Source: Mobula hypostoma (taxonomy: Eukaryota). Taken from it: a stretch of 64,000 nucleotides of DNA. The notes under the pieces were generated by a model that was given only the letters and a program-made list of their open reading frames with translations, made no database searches and was not told the origin of the DNA. The position numbers were made by a program, and so were the translations under genes. The stretch lies in contig NC_086097.1 in NCBI RefSeq assembly GCF_963921235.1, positions 19,840,001-19,904,000 of the forward strand. Direction: 5' to 3'. The first letter of the stretch is position 1; every line of letters begins with the position of its first letter. Shown here piece by piece: positions 1-13,099 of the stretch.

Positions 1-22
1 TCTGCCTTTCTAAGAGTCTCTT

Positions 23-160
23 ACACGAGGAATTCTGCAGATGCTGGAAATTCAAGCAACACACATCAAAGTTGCTGATGAACGCAGCAGGCCAGGCAGA
101 ATCTCTAGGAAGAGGTACAGTCGACGTTTCAGGCCGAGACCCTTCATTAGGACTAACTGA
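23..160 (-). mobile_element. Penelope-like element terminal repeat with degenerate hammerhead motif
   Basis: Same terminal sequence as the GIY-YIG-bearing copy at 22400-23465; hammerhead-like motif at 119-154. Confidence 0.7.
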
Positions 161-175
161 AGAAAGAGCTAGCTA

Positions 176-666
176 TGAGTCTCTTAAATGTCTGTGATGT
201 ACCTGACTCTTCCACCACTCCCACCAGTGTATTCCATGCACTAATCACTGTGTAAAAAACTTACCTCTGACATCCCCCCCCCATACTTTCCTCTAATCAT
301 CTCAAAACAGGGGTTCTCAACCCTTTTTTATGCCATGAACCAATACCAGTAAGGAAGGGGTTTGTGAACCCCAGGTTGGGAACTTCTGCCTGGAAGGTAT
401 GCCCTCTCTTCTCAGCCATTACTGCCCTGGGAATAGGGCACTGGCTGTACATGTCATCTATGCCTCTTACCATCTTATACCGCTCTATCAAAATACCCTC
501 ACCCTCCTTTGTTCCAAAGAGAAGAGCCCTAGCTCACTCAACCTTTCCTCATAAGACACACTCTCTAATCCAGCATCCTGGTAAATCTCCTCTGCACCCT
601 CTCTAAAGCTTCCACATCATTTCTATAATGAGGCGACCAGAACTGCACAATACTCCAACTGTGGTC
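176..666 (-). mobile_element. CR1/HER1-like LINE 3' fragment, interrupted by a hAT MITE
   Basis: Minus-strand QFWSPHYRNDVEALERVQRRFTRML, typical of the CR1 ORF2 C-terminus. Confidence 0.8.
308..388 (+). mobile_element. ~80-bp hAT (Charlie/MER5-like) MITE
   Basis: Terminal inverted repeats CAGGGGTTCTCAACC...GGTTGGGAACTTCTG; related copies at 9402-9482 and 45252-45330. Confidence 0.7.
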
Positions 667-800
667 TGTGACGGGGTCCTGAATTACCCCTATGAACTGT
701 GCTCGGTTACCCCTATGAACTGTGCTTTTGAAAAAAGAGAGCGAGGTGCCCAACACAAACACCCTGCTAAAAAGAGAGCTATTTAACACTGACATCTTGT

Positions 801-832
<32 letters not shown>

Positions 833-1340
833 CGAAGACTGCTCACAGTTTGTTTATACTTTCTACAGGGACATTGCCTGTTTGTACGTTCTTACAGACA
901 GAGAAGGGAGGAGCTGTTTGAGTAACAGTTGGTATTCAGCACGGGGAGATAAATAGAAGGTCAAATGATAGACCTGAGACACATGGTTTAGGACACTAAA
1001 TGAGCGTTGTGCCCACAGAAAAAGTGGGTTTTGGAGGATCGATTAGGCAGATCGATCAGTGGCTCTCGCAGTGTGAACAGGGCATGACCGGTGGGGAGTT
1101 ATTTTTGTGTTCAACCCTCGCCTGGGTTGATAGGTCCACCACAGAAGAAGTCGGTGACTTCTAAAGGATTTCGGAGGACAACGGGAAGATCGATGGCATC
1201 AGCTCACCTGATGACTCAAATCTCTCTCTCCATCACTACTCAACTCAATACCATGAACTGAACTGAACTCAGCATCATAAGACTGTATCTATTTACCCCC
1301 AGACTTGAAGCTTGGTTTTCATATATTTCCACACACACAC
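667..1340 (+). mobile_element. Probable LTR fragment
   Basis: Begins TGTGACGGGG exactly where CR1 homology stops; internal short direct repeat (ttacccctatgaactgtgct x2) and (GA)n at 806-832. No 3' CA end or target-site duplication identified. Confidence 0.4.
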
Positions 1341-2874
1341 ACAAAGGCCTACACTGCACACACCTTCTTAACCACCCTATCAACCTGAACAGCAGCTTTA
1401 GATCTATAGATGTGGACCATAATGGTGGAAGCAAGTCGCCAGAGCCTTTGTCAATCGACTGTCGGTCTGAAATTGGTTGTAAATATAAGAATTCTAGGGG
1501 AAAGAAGCCCCCGTTGCTGCAGCCCTCCTTCAGTACTGTAAAGGGTCAGCAGACCAGATATTTATGCTCAGATCTCCAGAACAGCTCCCTGGATTGGCCT
1601 TAACCCTGTAACCTTCTGTCTCAGAGGTAACAACATTGCAACAGGCAATTTCACTCAGTCACACCCTCCCTAAATCAGGCTTCATCTCAGGGAACTGTGA
1701 GACTGAGGCAGCAGAGAGAAGTGTGGGGAATGGTGAAGGCAGGGATCTGGACTGGTAATTCACCCTGAACTGGCAAATTTGTTGTTCATTTCCCCCATTC
1801 TGAAGAAGCAGTGTTCCAGACCTCTGCACACATGTCCTTCAATACCAGGCAGTATAGCAAAGGCTGGAGAAGGATTAGCAGAACACAAAGAGTCTCACTG
1901 ATCTTTGTTTTTCACATTACGACACACAAAATACTGGAGGAAATCAGCAGGTCAGGCAGCATCAATGAAGGGGAATAAATAGTCGACATTTTGGGCTGGA
2001 GATTCTTCATCAGGACTGGACATTAATCATGATGTGTTTTTCAATGTTTTTTATAATCATCCACATGAATGCAGCAAAGAGCAGAATTGAAGGTAAGTGT
2101 TGGTGCAGATGGGAATCAGTGTCAATAAATAGGTAATAAAGTTGATGGTAATCTGACCCTCCTAATGGTTCAGTAAGTTTGAGTAAAGAAACCACTTGCT
2201 GTATTATTGATAAACACAGGCTGTAATACTCAACCACACACAAACATACACAGATAGACAGATACACACATACAGTAAAGTCAGGGGCAATTCCTTAGCT
2301 TGGCCAAGAGCGGTGGAGAAATATCAATGACTTCTGCACTGCAGGCATAGACAGTGGAAAGTGGACGACTGTGGAGGCCAAGTTATTGGGTGTACTTAAG
2401 GCAGAGGTTGATAGATTCTTCATTAGTCAGGGCATGAAGGGTTACGGGGATACGGGGAAGAGGCAGAAGATTGGGGCTGAGAGGGAAATGGATCAGTCAT
2501 GATGAAATGGAGGAAAAGACTCTACGGGCCAAAATGGCCTTATTCTACTCCTATATCTTATGGTATTATGGTCAGAGTAAACAGATCCATTCCTGAGATC
2601 GGACGCCAGGGCCTTGCTGAAGGAGCACCCTGCCTGAATGTGGGGAAAGGGGAAAGGGGAACAGAAAAGGCTCCTGAGTTTGAACAGATTGACAATACCC
2701 TATTATGTGCCAGCTTTTAAAGAATGACACACCAGATTAGGGTAAAACAGCATTAGCAATACAATCACAGTTTGTGGTACTGTATTTGATTATCTAATCA
2801 GAGTTGAATCCAGTCCAAGAGTTGAATTCACTCAGTGTACCTTGGGCCATCCTTGATTGGCCAAGTTCTGAGGG

Positions 2875-3030
2875 TGATATAGTAACACAACGCTTCACAG
2901 CGCTGGCTGTAAGATTGGGTTCAATTCCCACCGCTGCCTGTACGTTCTCCCCGTGACCGCATGAGTTACCTCCGGGTGCTTCAGTTTCCTCAGACAGTCC
3001 AAAGACGTAGGAGTAAGTTGTAGGCATGCT
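2875..3030 (+). mobile_element. HE1/V-SINE fragment
   Basis: Degenerate B box GGTTCAATTCC followed by V-domain-like gtacgttctccccgtgaccgcatg...cctccgggtgct...tttcctc...cagtccaaagac. Confidence 0.65.
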
Positions 3031-4029
3031 ATGTAGGTGCTGGAAGTGTGGTGACACTTGTGGTTGTCCCCAGTACATTTCAGACGATGCAAACACTGTA
3101 TGTTTTGATGTACATGTGACAAATAAAGATTATCTTTTCCCTCTGGCTCTCCGAGCAGGTCAATGTGATTCCACCCTGTCCCCCAGACATTTGAATTCCA
3201 CTTTATCACCCGCACTGGTGCATTACATCCCCTGTGGACTTGTGGTCCCCTGAAGATCTGCAGCCACTTTCTTGACTCACACCGTGTTGTGTCTACTGTT
3301 ACCTCACCCCCAGCTCACCCTCAAACCCACTCTGGCTCCCGGTTAAGTGACACCCCGGTGTTAATAATCCTCACCTTCATTTTCAAACCCTTTCACAGTC
3401 TCGCCCCTCTGCCTCACAGATACCTGAAACACTGGTGTCGGGAGCATTACCAGACCGAATTAACTGCACTGCTGGCAGAAATATTCCAGGGTCGTGGAGT
3501 TGTACTGCAGAGACAGGCCATTCGGCCGACAATGGCTGTGCTGACCTTCCAGTCCATGTACACCAAACCCACTTGCCCCACATTAGAACTGTTTAGCCTT
3601 GTTTATTTAAGTGTCCAAGTGCCTCTTAAACTTTGTAATTGTAACTGATTCCACTGGCTCCCCTGGCAGTGAGTTCCAGATAGCAACCACTCTCTGTGTA
3701 AAAACTTACCCTCAGACCCTCTTTAAAACTCCTCCCTCTCACCTTAACACATGCCCTCTTGTTTTTGAAACTCCCACGACAAGAAAAAACAATTTTGACC
3801 TCTATGTCTCCCATAATCTTATATCGATCACTCTGGTCACTCCTCAGTCCCCGATGTTTCCTGACCTTCAGAGTGTCTTCCCTGAACTTTCCGTGGGCCT
3901 CCTTTAAGAGCTTCCTGAAGGCCCACCTCTGAACACCTGCCCCAAAGCCGCTTTATTGTTTAATGACGCCCCCTGCCCTGTGGAATCCCCTGTTGTTTTA
4001 AAGCTGCAGTGTAAGTTATTGTTGTATTT

Positions 4030-4530
4030 CATAAGACTATAAGACATAGGAGCAGATTCAGGCCATTTGGCCCATCAAGTCTGTGCCACCATTCAATCAC
4101 GGCTGATTTATTATCGCTGTCAGCTCCATTCTCCTGTCTTCTCCCTGTAATCTTTGACGCCCTGACCAATCAAGAAATAATCAACCTCTGTTTTAAATAT
4201 ACCCAATGACTTGGCCTCCGTTACTATCTGTGGCAATGAATTTCACAGATTCACCACCCTCCAGCTAAAGAAATTCCTCCTCATCTCTATTCCAAAGGGA
4301 TGTCCCTCTATTCTGATGTTGTGCCCTCTTGTCCTAGACTCCCCCACCATAGGAAACATCCTCTCCAGATCAAATCTATCTAGGCTTTTCAATGTTCGAT
4401 TGGTAGACGGCGAGCTCAGATCCCTCCCTCGTTCTTCTGAACTTCAGCGAGTGCATGCCCGAGCAATCAAATACTGATTATACATTAACCCTTTTGTTCC
4501 TGGAATCATTCTTGTGAACTTCCTCTGGAT
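4030..4530 (-). mobile_element. CR1-like LINE 3' end
   Basis: Colinear with the CR1 copies at 16218-17018 and 62650-63142, including the 3' tail (reverse complement of tctgctcctatgtcttat). Confidence 0.8.
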
Positions 4531-5816
4531 CAGTTTTTAAAAGTACCAGTAATCTGCTTGCCTGAATTGAAAGGACAAAGTTTCAAAGTTTGTGTAACCT
4601 TAAAGGGAAAGAGAGTCCAAAGCTCTGACAGCTATTAAATTACTGTTACATTACAGAAATGCAGCAACCAATCGACACACAGCAAGATGCCACAGACAGA
4701 ACATGGGTGGAAGCCAGATATTATGCCATTATTTGTGCAGACGGCTGAAGAATAAACATTAATCATTCAGAACTCTTGACTTCCACCACAAGATATGTTA
4801 CCTCCACCGGAGATGGCTGTTGGGACTTCAGACTGACAGCCCACCTGACAATCTCCCCTGATTTGAATCAGAGTTCTACCGAACATAGGCAGGGCTTTCA
4901 GTCCAACCAGAATGTCTATCCAATCCAGTGCCATTTTCCTGCATTCGGCCTAGAACCATTCACCAGTATTCCCTCGATGGCCATGATTGCATGTTTTGAC
5001 AAGAACCACCTCAGATCTTTTGTGAAATCCTGTTAAGGTTTTTGCTCTGTCATCCAAGCAGATAGTTTTTCCTCATACATACCAGCCTTTTAGACACGTA
5101 ATCTTCTTCCTTGCTCCCTTCTTCCCCTGCCTCCTTCTTCCCAAACCCCCATTACCTTTAACGTCTAGGTATTTAGAAATGTTTTATTTTCCCTCAGGTT
5201 GCGTGAGACTAGGACTATAGAACTAGAGCATTAGGCTCAGGGTGAAAGGTGAATATTTAAGGGGAATCTGAGAGGGATCTTCTTCACTCAGAGTGTGGTG
5301 TGAATGTGAAACAGGCAGCCAGTGAATGTGATAGATGTGGGTTCAATTGTAACATTAAAGAGGAATTTGGATAAGTAGATGGATGAGAGAGTTGGAAGGA
5401 TGTGATCCGGGTACAGGTAGAAGAGGCTAGGCAGAAAACCAAGGCGGCATGAATTAGATGGGCTGAAGAGCCTGTTTCTGTGCTCTAGTGCTCTATGACT
5501 TGATGGCCCTATCACTCTAAATGTTGTCCTTAACTGGATTCAATTTGTCTGACCATTTCACAGTAAGCACTTCTGCCTCATTCCCACTCAGTGTTTGGGT
5601 TTAGATCAGATTCAGATTTATTTATTACAGGTATGTCAAAACATACAGTAAAATGTGTCATTTGTGTTAACCAACAACACACCCAAGGATGAGCTGGGGG
5701 CAGCCCACAGGTGTCACCACACATTCCGGTGCCCACAATGCTCAGAAAAAAAACACAGAGCACAACAAAAGAGAACATACCAAGGAATCAACAGTGAAAT
5801 GAGCCTTGCTGCTCTT

Positions 5817-5818
<2 letters not shown>

Positions 5819-5895
<77 letters not shown>
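5819..5895. repeat. (CA)n microsatellite
   Basis: Direct reading. Confidence 0.98.
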
Positions 5896-5898
<3 letters not shown>

Positions 5899-6164
5899 CT
5901 CACAAAGACCTCTAACCCCAGGACAGGCCCTCTTCTTTGGCCTGCAGACCACCCTGGAATTTCCATCAAAGGAGGAAGTCTCCAGGATTGTTTCCTGTCC
6001 TTCCTTGCTTTCTGAGATCAGCCATTTGAACCTCCCAAATATTCAGTGCAGTACAAGACCCAAACTGGCCACTTAAACTTTTCATCAGACATGTCTTTCC
6101 ATACAATCTCCCTGTAAATTCTTATTTGGTGGAGGCTCCGCACCCCCCACCCTTTGTAACCAGT

Positions 6165-7455
6165 TTTCATTTCAGCACCATTGAGAGCGTTCTGATCAGC
6201 TACATCACCATCTGGTACGGGAATTGCAAGGTATCTGACCACAAGTCCACACAAACAATGGCAGGCACTGCTGAGAGGATTATTAGGGTGTCTCTCACAC
6301 CCATCGGAGATATTTATCAGGAGCACTATGTATGGAGAGCCCTTAGCATTGTCAATGAACCCTCCCATCAGTTAAACGGTCTATTTCACCGCCCACCACA
6401 GGCAGGAGGTAACATAGCATTAGGACAAGAACTGTTAGGGTTGGAAACAGCTTTCCCCCAGGCCGTGAGGCTACTGACCCCTCTGATACCACCCAGGACT
6501 CATCATGTATGAAGCACCAGTAGCATTATACTGTTTACTTTTTAACGTGGGTCATAAAACCACTTTATTATTTGCTAAATTATTTGTGGTAATTTCTTTT
6601 GCTTCTGGTAAGATGGTGGTGTGTTCGGACACAGCGGCTTCCCAGGGGCCAGCCAAAGGTGTTTTTCTCTTTGTTAAATGTCTTTTTTAAGATCACAAGA
6701 CAATGCTGGACTCCAAGGACTTCGGGTGCTGCAGCTCTACCTCATCAGTGAGCCGCTTGGTGGTGGAAGTGCTGGACTGGGTGCAGACCACGTTGCTACA
6801 GGAAGGCATCGAAGGCTAGTGCGTGAAGGCAGCGTGCATTGTCTTCGACATTTCTCTTGTGATTACAAGACCTATTGAACATTGATAATGTAAGATGCCG
6901 CAGGCATGTTTTCCTTGTTTGGTGGTGCGACTGACGGCGAGGGAGCTGCATAGCCTTGGTTGTAGTGAGGACTAAGCCTCAAGTCACGGCTTGCCTGCTG
7001 TTCTAAACCAGGAAAGGAGACCCCAGAGGCAGTGTAGCATGGTATCTATGCTCCCATTGGGACTGGCCTCGCCTGTCAGTGCTGCCCTCTAGTGTTTGAT
7101 TGGTGAAATGACAGGCTGGATTGTGTGCATCTGCATGCTGCCAGGAACTGTACCATCAATTTGCAGGGCATGTCGCTCAGAGACTTGGGCTATATATATG
7201 GTTATTTTGCATGTTTTCTTGCTCGCTATTTTGAATGTGCTGTGTTTCTTTTGCATCTTGGCCCCAGAGGAACGCTGTTTCATTCAGCTGCATTCATGTG
7301 TAGTTGAATGATAATTAAACTTGATTTTGATTTGATGTGATGTGCTTGAGTTATATGTACTGTGTTGTGCATTTTGGTCCGGAGAAACGCTGGTTCGTTT
7401 GGCAGTATACGTGTGTATGCTTGAATGACAATAAGCTGTACTTGAGATTGAACTT
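6165..7455 (+). mobile_element. Rex1/Babar-like LINE 3' fragment with a nested ~730-bp non-autonomous element (~6600-7335)
   Basis: Encodes STIESVLISYITIWYGNC...AERII, the Rex1-type C-terminal motif. Its tail aligns with the copy at 13100-14400 once 6600-7335 is removed. Confidence 0.65.
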
Positions 7456-7624
7456 ACAGTGTATTCCAACAGTTGGCTTATAGCCTGGGAACAAAATGCT
7501 CTTGGTTCTATTCAGTGAAGCCCCAATATCCCTCTTCCGTTTGCACATGGGTTTCCCCAAATCAAAATTGCACCATTCTTCAAAATTATCCATTGACTAT
7601 AAAGTTCCTAGTACAGTCTGTGAC

Positions 7625-8163
7625 TAGGTTCCTTAAGATAGTCATAGCCGGGGGAGATAGTGAGGATAAGCTCCCACTATCTATTAAGTGCTCCCAATGG
7701 TGTGCACCTCAAACAGCCTCTGACAACCAAGTCCAGCTCCTGGCTTTCACATGTGGCTTAGGTAATAAACTCGGTGGAACCGTTTCAATTGACAGGAGAA
7801 GGGGCGAAGGTGGGTTACTGGCACCTTAAAACCAGTCACAGATGGGGCTCATCGGCCGTGGTTGGCAGCTCATCTAGGAGAAGGAAAACTCTGATCTCAA
7901 ACCTCCACTGCCTTGTGGCTATACCCACGCATGGGGAAGGTTTTGGGAGCAGACCCTGAGGGAAAAATCCAGAGCTGGGGTCCCTAAGGCAGTCCTACGT
8001 TGAGATCAATGTTCAGTGTTGACTGGCAACTCCTGTGTCACTGTTGGTACCAAACTGTATCGGTCTCTGCATTCCTTTGGGTTCATCAGATGTATGGAGA
8101 AGGGGAGCTTCTAGACAGCTAGGACACAATATCCATGGTCAACTCTGACTGACGAGGGCCTCA
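7625..8163 (+). mobile_element. ~550-bp non-autonomous retroposon, family unassigned (copy 1)
   Basis: Colinear with 17226-17798 over its whole length (ggttccttaag...gataagctcccactatctatt...ccatggtcaac...ggcctc). Confidence 0.75.
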
Positions 8164-9401
8164 CAGTCTGAGAGCATGAAAAGACATGACAAATTTTTTC
8201 ATACATATACTGTATCTATTTTATTCACCTGAACAGGAAGGATGGTTAGAGAAGGTTCAGAAGCTGTTTAGCAAGATCCTGTATGGATTACAGGGTGTGA
8301 GTATAAGGATCGGTTGGACAAACTGGTGTTGTTTTCTCCAAAGGACCAAAGGATGGGAGAAGATCTGACTGAAGTTTAGAAAATTATGACAGGTGTAGAT
8401 ATGGTAGACAGTCAGAATCTTTTCTCCCCCAGGGTAGAAATGTTGAACACCACAGGATGGGATTTGAAGTGAGAGGGGGAAAGTTTAAAGGATGTGTGTA
8501 AGTCAGATTTTTTTCTACACACAGAGGCAATGCAGAGTCGAGGCGGTGGGGCCAGGGCTTGGCTCCAAGAGTGAGGAAAGACCTGAGGTGTGATTGATAC
8601 AAGCACTGGGCCGAATTGGGAAGGTCATGTATGGGCCTGAGAGTGTTTTGGTTGAAAAGGTCAGGGTGTCGTGGCCGGAGGCAAGGAATGGGCTGGAGTT
8701 CAGCTTGCTGCTCCATGAGGTTTACTCGCCTCTACGCTGAACTGAGGCTGCGGCCTGCAACTAATGGGCTCCTGAATCGGCTGCAGTGATGACTGGCCTG
8801 GTGGCTGTGGACTCACTTTCATGATCTTCAGATCTGAATGTCATTTGCTTATTTCTATTGTTTGCATGATTTGTTTTTTTTCCCTGCACATCGGGCGTTT
8901 GACAGTCTTTTTTTAAGTGGGTTCTATTGGGTCTCTTTGTTTTGAGGCTGCCTGTAAGGAGGTGAATCACAAGGTTGTATATGGTATACGTACTTTAGAT
9001 AATAAATGTACTTTGGACTTTGAGTGCCTGGATTGCACTGTCAGGGGTGGTAGTGGAAGCAGCCGCATTAGTGGCATTCAGAAGGGTCTTAGACAAGCAC
9101 ATGAATGGAGCGATATGGATTATGTGCAGGCAGAGGGAGATTAATTTCATTTGGCATCGTGGTCAACCCCGAGCTCATGGGCTGAATGGCGTGTTCCTGT
9201 GCTGTACTCTTCTATGAACATATCGTTCAATTCCTGCCCCGGAATCCACATGTATATATGTATACGTGTGTGCTAATTTACCTGCAATGCCTTCCCCTCT
9301 CTGTCCTCCTGTAGGTAATTACCTCCACCACGTCCAGCTACATACATGTGAGCATGCAGCTGATCAAGGTCTGTTCTGCTGCCATCCACATTTCTCTAAA
9401 G

Positions 9402-9482
9402 CACGGGTTGCCAACCAGGGTTCCACAGGCCTCTCGATTAACGGTAAGGCTCAAAGGCCCGTAAAAAGGTTGGGAAACTCTG
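9402..9482 (-). mobile_element. hAT MITE with 8-bp target-site duplication
   Basis: TIRs CACGGGTTGCCAACC / GGTTGGGAAACTCTG; flanks CTCTAAAG (9394-9401) and CTCTAAGC (9483-9490), resembling the Charlie-type NTCTAGAN target. Confidence 0.75.
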
Positions 9483-10473
9483 CTCTAAGCTTAGCTCGTA
9501 ATAACGTAATTCCTTCAACGTTCTGCTCATTTGTAATCTGAATCAGAATCAGAATCGGGTTTAATATTACGTGGTGAAATTTGTTATTTCTGCAGCAGCA
9601 GACAATACATTTGTAGTCGGACCCAGGATAATGAAATGCACATTTTCTTATCTGAATAGATTCTGGTCTTGCTGTTTGAACATTTGACAGAAAAGGCCTG
9701 ATACTGTATTGAAATCAGGCAGACAGTACATTTCCCTCCAGGTACACCCGAGAGAGAGCAAAATGTCGATTAGTTCCTACTGAAACTTCACAATCGGAAA
9801 AAGTGAATGGTGCTGTTCCCACATGGATCTACTGAAAGGAAACCTTGTAAATGACATGAAATGTTTCAGAAAATCATCTTGGGGGCAAGTGTTACTACAA
9901 GTTATTGCACTCCGGAGACTTTATCTGAAAATTAAATTCCCACCATTAATTATTTAGTTATTGTTCTGTGTGTGATTTATATTCACTCCCCCATTAGTAA
10001 CTCTCTGTCTCTTTCATTGGATTTGTCTCTGTGTCTCTTTTTATATCTATTTTGCTTCGTCTCTCCTTAGGTATCAGTCTAACTGCACAAACACAGGCCC
10101 TTTGGCCCATTCAGTGCATGCTTTTCTCCCTAGCCCCATCTACCCACACCTGCACCATAACTTAACAAACCCCTCACATCCATGAACCTATCCAACTGTT
10201 CTTAAACGGTGCAGTCAAACCCACATCAACCACTTCCGTTAGCAGCTCATTCCACACCCACTCCACCCTCTGAAGTCTTCCACCTCCATCAGCATCAGCC
10301 CCTCTCTACTTAGATTACACTTCCTCCATCTCTCCTTCCTGTTTCTCCCCCCCATCTGCATCCTGTATCTCTCAGATATCTGTGCCCCCACCCCGTCTCA
10401 CTCGCTCTCGTTTTGTCCCGGCGTCTCTCTCACAGTGTCACCGCCATTCCGCCCTGTCCCCCTCCGGATTTAC

Positions 10474-10597
10474 CTGAATCCTGTCCTCCGGAAGTTCTGT
10501 TTTCATGGCCAGCATTTCCCGTGCGTACACATCTGGATAGTGAGCTTCGTTAAACGCTTTTTCCAGCTCCTCCAGCTGGTAGGAGGTGAAAATAGTC
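10474..10597 (-). CDS. VSX2: VSX2 exon 3 (homeodomain helices 1-2 and start of helix 3)
   Basis: Polypyrimidine tract then ttccAG|GACTATT...ATTCAG|GTAAAT, 124 nt, encoding (R)[41 protein letters not shown], the VSX2-type homeodomain. Exons 1-3 total 627 nt = 209 codons, ending in phase 0. Confidence 0.98.
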
Positions 10598-10659
10598 CTG
10601 GAAAGAAAAGGAAACAAGCAATCGATTAGGCAGACACAACCAGCAATGAATTCTTAAAG

Positions 10660-11125
10660 CAACACACACAAAATGCTGAAGGAACTCAGAAGGTCAGGCA
10701 GCATCTATGCCACAGCAATGAATATACAGCCGAGACCCTTCATCAGGACTGGAAAGAAGCTGGAATAAGACAGTGGGGGAGGAGACGGAGTAAAAGCTAG
10801 AAGGTGATAGGTGAAGCCAAGTGGCTGGAGGAGTGGGGAATGAAGTGAGAGGCTGGGAGGGCGATAAGTTGAAAAACTAAAGGCTGAAGAAGAAGGAGGA
10901 AAGGAGAGGAGAGTCGACCATGGGAGAGGCACCGGGGGGGGGTGGTGGTGGTGATAAGCAGGCGAGGAGAAGAGAAGGGGACCAAAGTAGAGAATTGAAG
11001 AAGAGGGAAGAGAAGAGAGGAAACATTGGAAGTTAGAGAAATTGATGTTCATGCCATTGGAGGCTACCTAGATGGAATATGAGGTGCTGCTCCTCCATCC
11101 TGAGGGTGGCCTCATTGTAGCAGGT
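10660..11125 (-). mobile_element. Penelope-like element 3' fragment
   Basis: Minus strand encodes ...LRMEEQHLIFHLGSLQ...MNINFSNF, followed by a pyrimidine-rich tract and the terminal repeat. Confidence 0.75.
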
Positions 11126-12119
11126 GGTGCTGAGAACTCGTGGGTTGGAAGATGTGGTATCTACAATGCACATGTTAATCTGCCCAAAGTGCTTCCATTG
11201 AACCCACCGAAGCTGCTTGTGCTACCGCCACAAGGCAGAAGGCAACTCTGCCCCGTGTAAACACCCACCACACACTAACATATAATGACATACCGTATGG
11301 AGTGGCCAACCAAATGCCCCATAGACGGATAAGAACAGGTGAGGAGTGCATCAGAAATACAATAGACGGGGAATATCCATTGGAATCAGAATTAGAACTG
11401 AAATCAATTTATTATGTTGTATATGTGCTTTATGTCAACTTGGACATCTACAGAATATTTTGTACTATCTGTTAATATTGCATTAATATTATTTGATGTG
11501 CTGTTTGTCATACTGTGCTTTGCACTTTGAAGAACATTGTTTCCTTTAGCTGTATATATGTGTACAGTTGAATGCCAATAAACTTGAATTTATTGTTGTC
11601 ACATGACCTGAGATGTCATAGAAAGCTCTTGCTTTGAATGCCATCCAGACATCCCACACCATACATCAATATATTGACGTAGTAAAAAGAAACCAGAGTG
11701 TGGTGTTCCAGTTACAGGGGAAGTACAGTAGACCATACACAGACAAATAAAGTGCGGGGGCTATAACCAGGTAGACCGGGAGGTCAAGGGTTCAAACATT
11801 CATCTTTTAGCATACAAGAGGTCCATTAAGTGCCTGATAAGAGAGTTAATAGAATCTGTCCTTGAGACCAGCGATTCATGCTCTCTGGCTTTTGTGAATT
11901 CTGCCCAATGGGAGAGAGGAGAAGAGCGAATGACCAGACTGGGAGCGATCTCTGACCACGCTGGCTGCTTCCCCCAGGCAGTGGGAAGTGTAGACGGAGT
12001 CATTGTTGGGAGACCAGACAAATTAAGTTAGAATTCAACAGGGATGGGGAAGACAGCATAAAGCTTCCAATGGTATTCCTCAGCGTGGATGAGGAATACC
12101 ACTGGGAGACAGCACGGGT

Positions 12120-12660
12120 GAAGAATACAGACGGAATACAATTAGAATACAGTAGAGTCAAGGAATACAGGATTGAGGAGGGATAGAAGGTGGACAGGGA
12201 ATACAGCAGGAACAGGGATACAGGATGGACGGGATACAGGACAGACAGGGATACAGGATGGACAGGAATACAGGATAGACAGGATACAGGATGGACAGGG
12301 ATACAGGATGGATAGTGATACACGATGGACAGGAATACAGGATGGACAGGAGTACAGGAATGACAAGGAATACAGGATAGACAGGGACAAAGGATGGGCT
12401 GGGATACAGGATGGACAGGGATACAGGATGATAGGGATAAAGGATGGACAGGGATACATGATGGACATGGTGGATGGACAGAAGTACACCCTGTAAAAGG
12501 AATACAGGGCGGGCAGGAATACAGGATGGGCAGGGATAAAGGATGGATAGTGATACACGATGGACTGGGATACAGTATGGCAGGGAATACAGGATGGACA
12601 GGAATACAGGATGGACTGGGACCAAGATTGGAAGATTGAACACAGGGCGGGCAGCGAATA
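12120..12660. repeat. ~17-bp minisatellite (GGGATACAGGATGGACA)n in VSX2 intron 2
   Basis: About 30 degenerate tandem units read directly; accounts for the overlapping Cys/Pro-rich ORFs. Confidence 0.92.
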
Positions 12661-12956
12661 CAACACGATCTAACCGGTCCATGCCGGCCGGAATTCCCAC
12701 CTAAGCTAATGTATTCCCTGCATTCCCCATATCTCCCTGGATCTTTCCTCTCCATGTCCACGTCCATTAAATAGAAGACATAGTGAATATCGGGCGGGTA
12801 GGAATGTGGGTCGGATAAACACCATGAATTACAGCCGTGAGATGTGCCCCTGGGTACAATACAGAGGGGCGACCAGACGCGAAGACGTTTCAACGAGAGG
12901 ACAGGTATCGATCATCAGATTGAAGTCCAGGGACACCTACGACAACACATTCTTAC

Positions 12957-13041
12957 CTGTGGCGCCTTTTCTTACGCTTCTTCGTCTGGCTCAGGCTGGA
13001 TTTGGAAATTTTCCGGTCACTCGATGAAATGTCTTCAGAAT
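12957..13041 (-). CDS. VSX2: VSX2 exon 2 (basic NLS region and start of homeodomain)
   Basis: Minus strand ttcAG|ATTCTGAAGAC...CGCCACAG|GTAAGA, 85 nt. In frame with exon 1 it encodes [29 protein letters not shown]. Confidence 0.97.
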
Positions 13042-13099
13042 CTGAATTTAAACAAAGTGTTCCGACATTTATTCCCAAAAGCTAATGCTCACCGGGTGA

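Larger units (their letters stand above)
10598..12956 (-). other. VSX2: VSX2 intron 2 (2,359 nt)
   Basis: GTAAGA...ttccAG between exons 2 and 3; splits the Arg codon AG|G. Confidence 0.95.

Noticed and set aside
2020-2110. Plus-strand exon ending at AAG|GTAAGT (~2092)
   Set aside because: Isolated donor consensus with no convincing acceptor or reading frame; expected by chance in 64 kb.
7625-7700. HDV-like ribozyme at the 5' end of the ~550-bp retroposon
   Set aside because: A hairpin is visible (gatagtg...cactatc), but I could not build the nested double pseudoknot by eye; it needs a descriptor search.
1-10473. VSX2 exons 4-5 (VWFQNRRAKW, CVC domain)
   Set aside because: No matching codons found on the minus strand; they presumably lie beyond the left edge, so absence is not evidence of pseudogenisation.
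12000-12893. 297-aa Cys/Pro-rich ORF and overlapping ORFs
   Set aside because: Translation of the 17-bp minisatellite; open in several frames at once.
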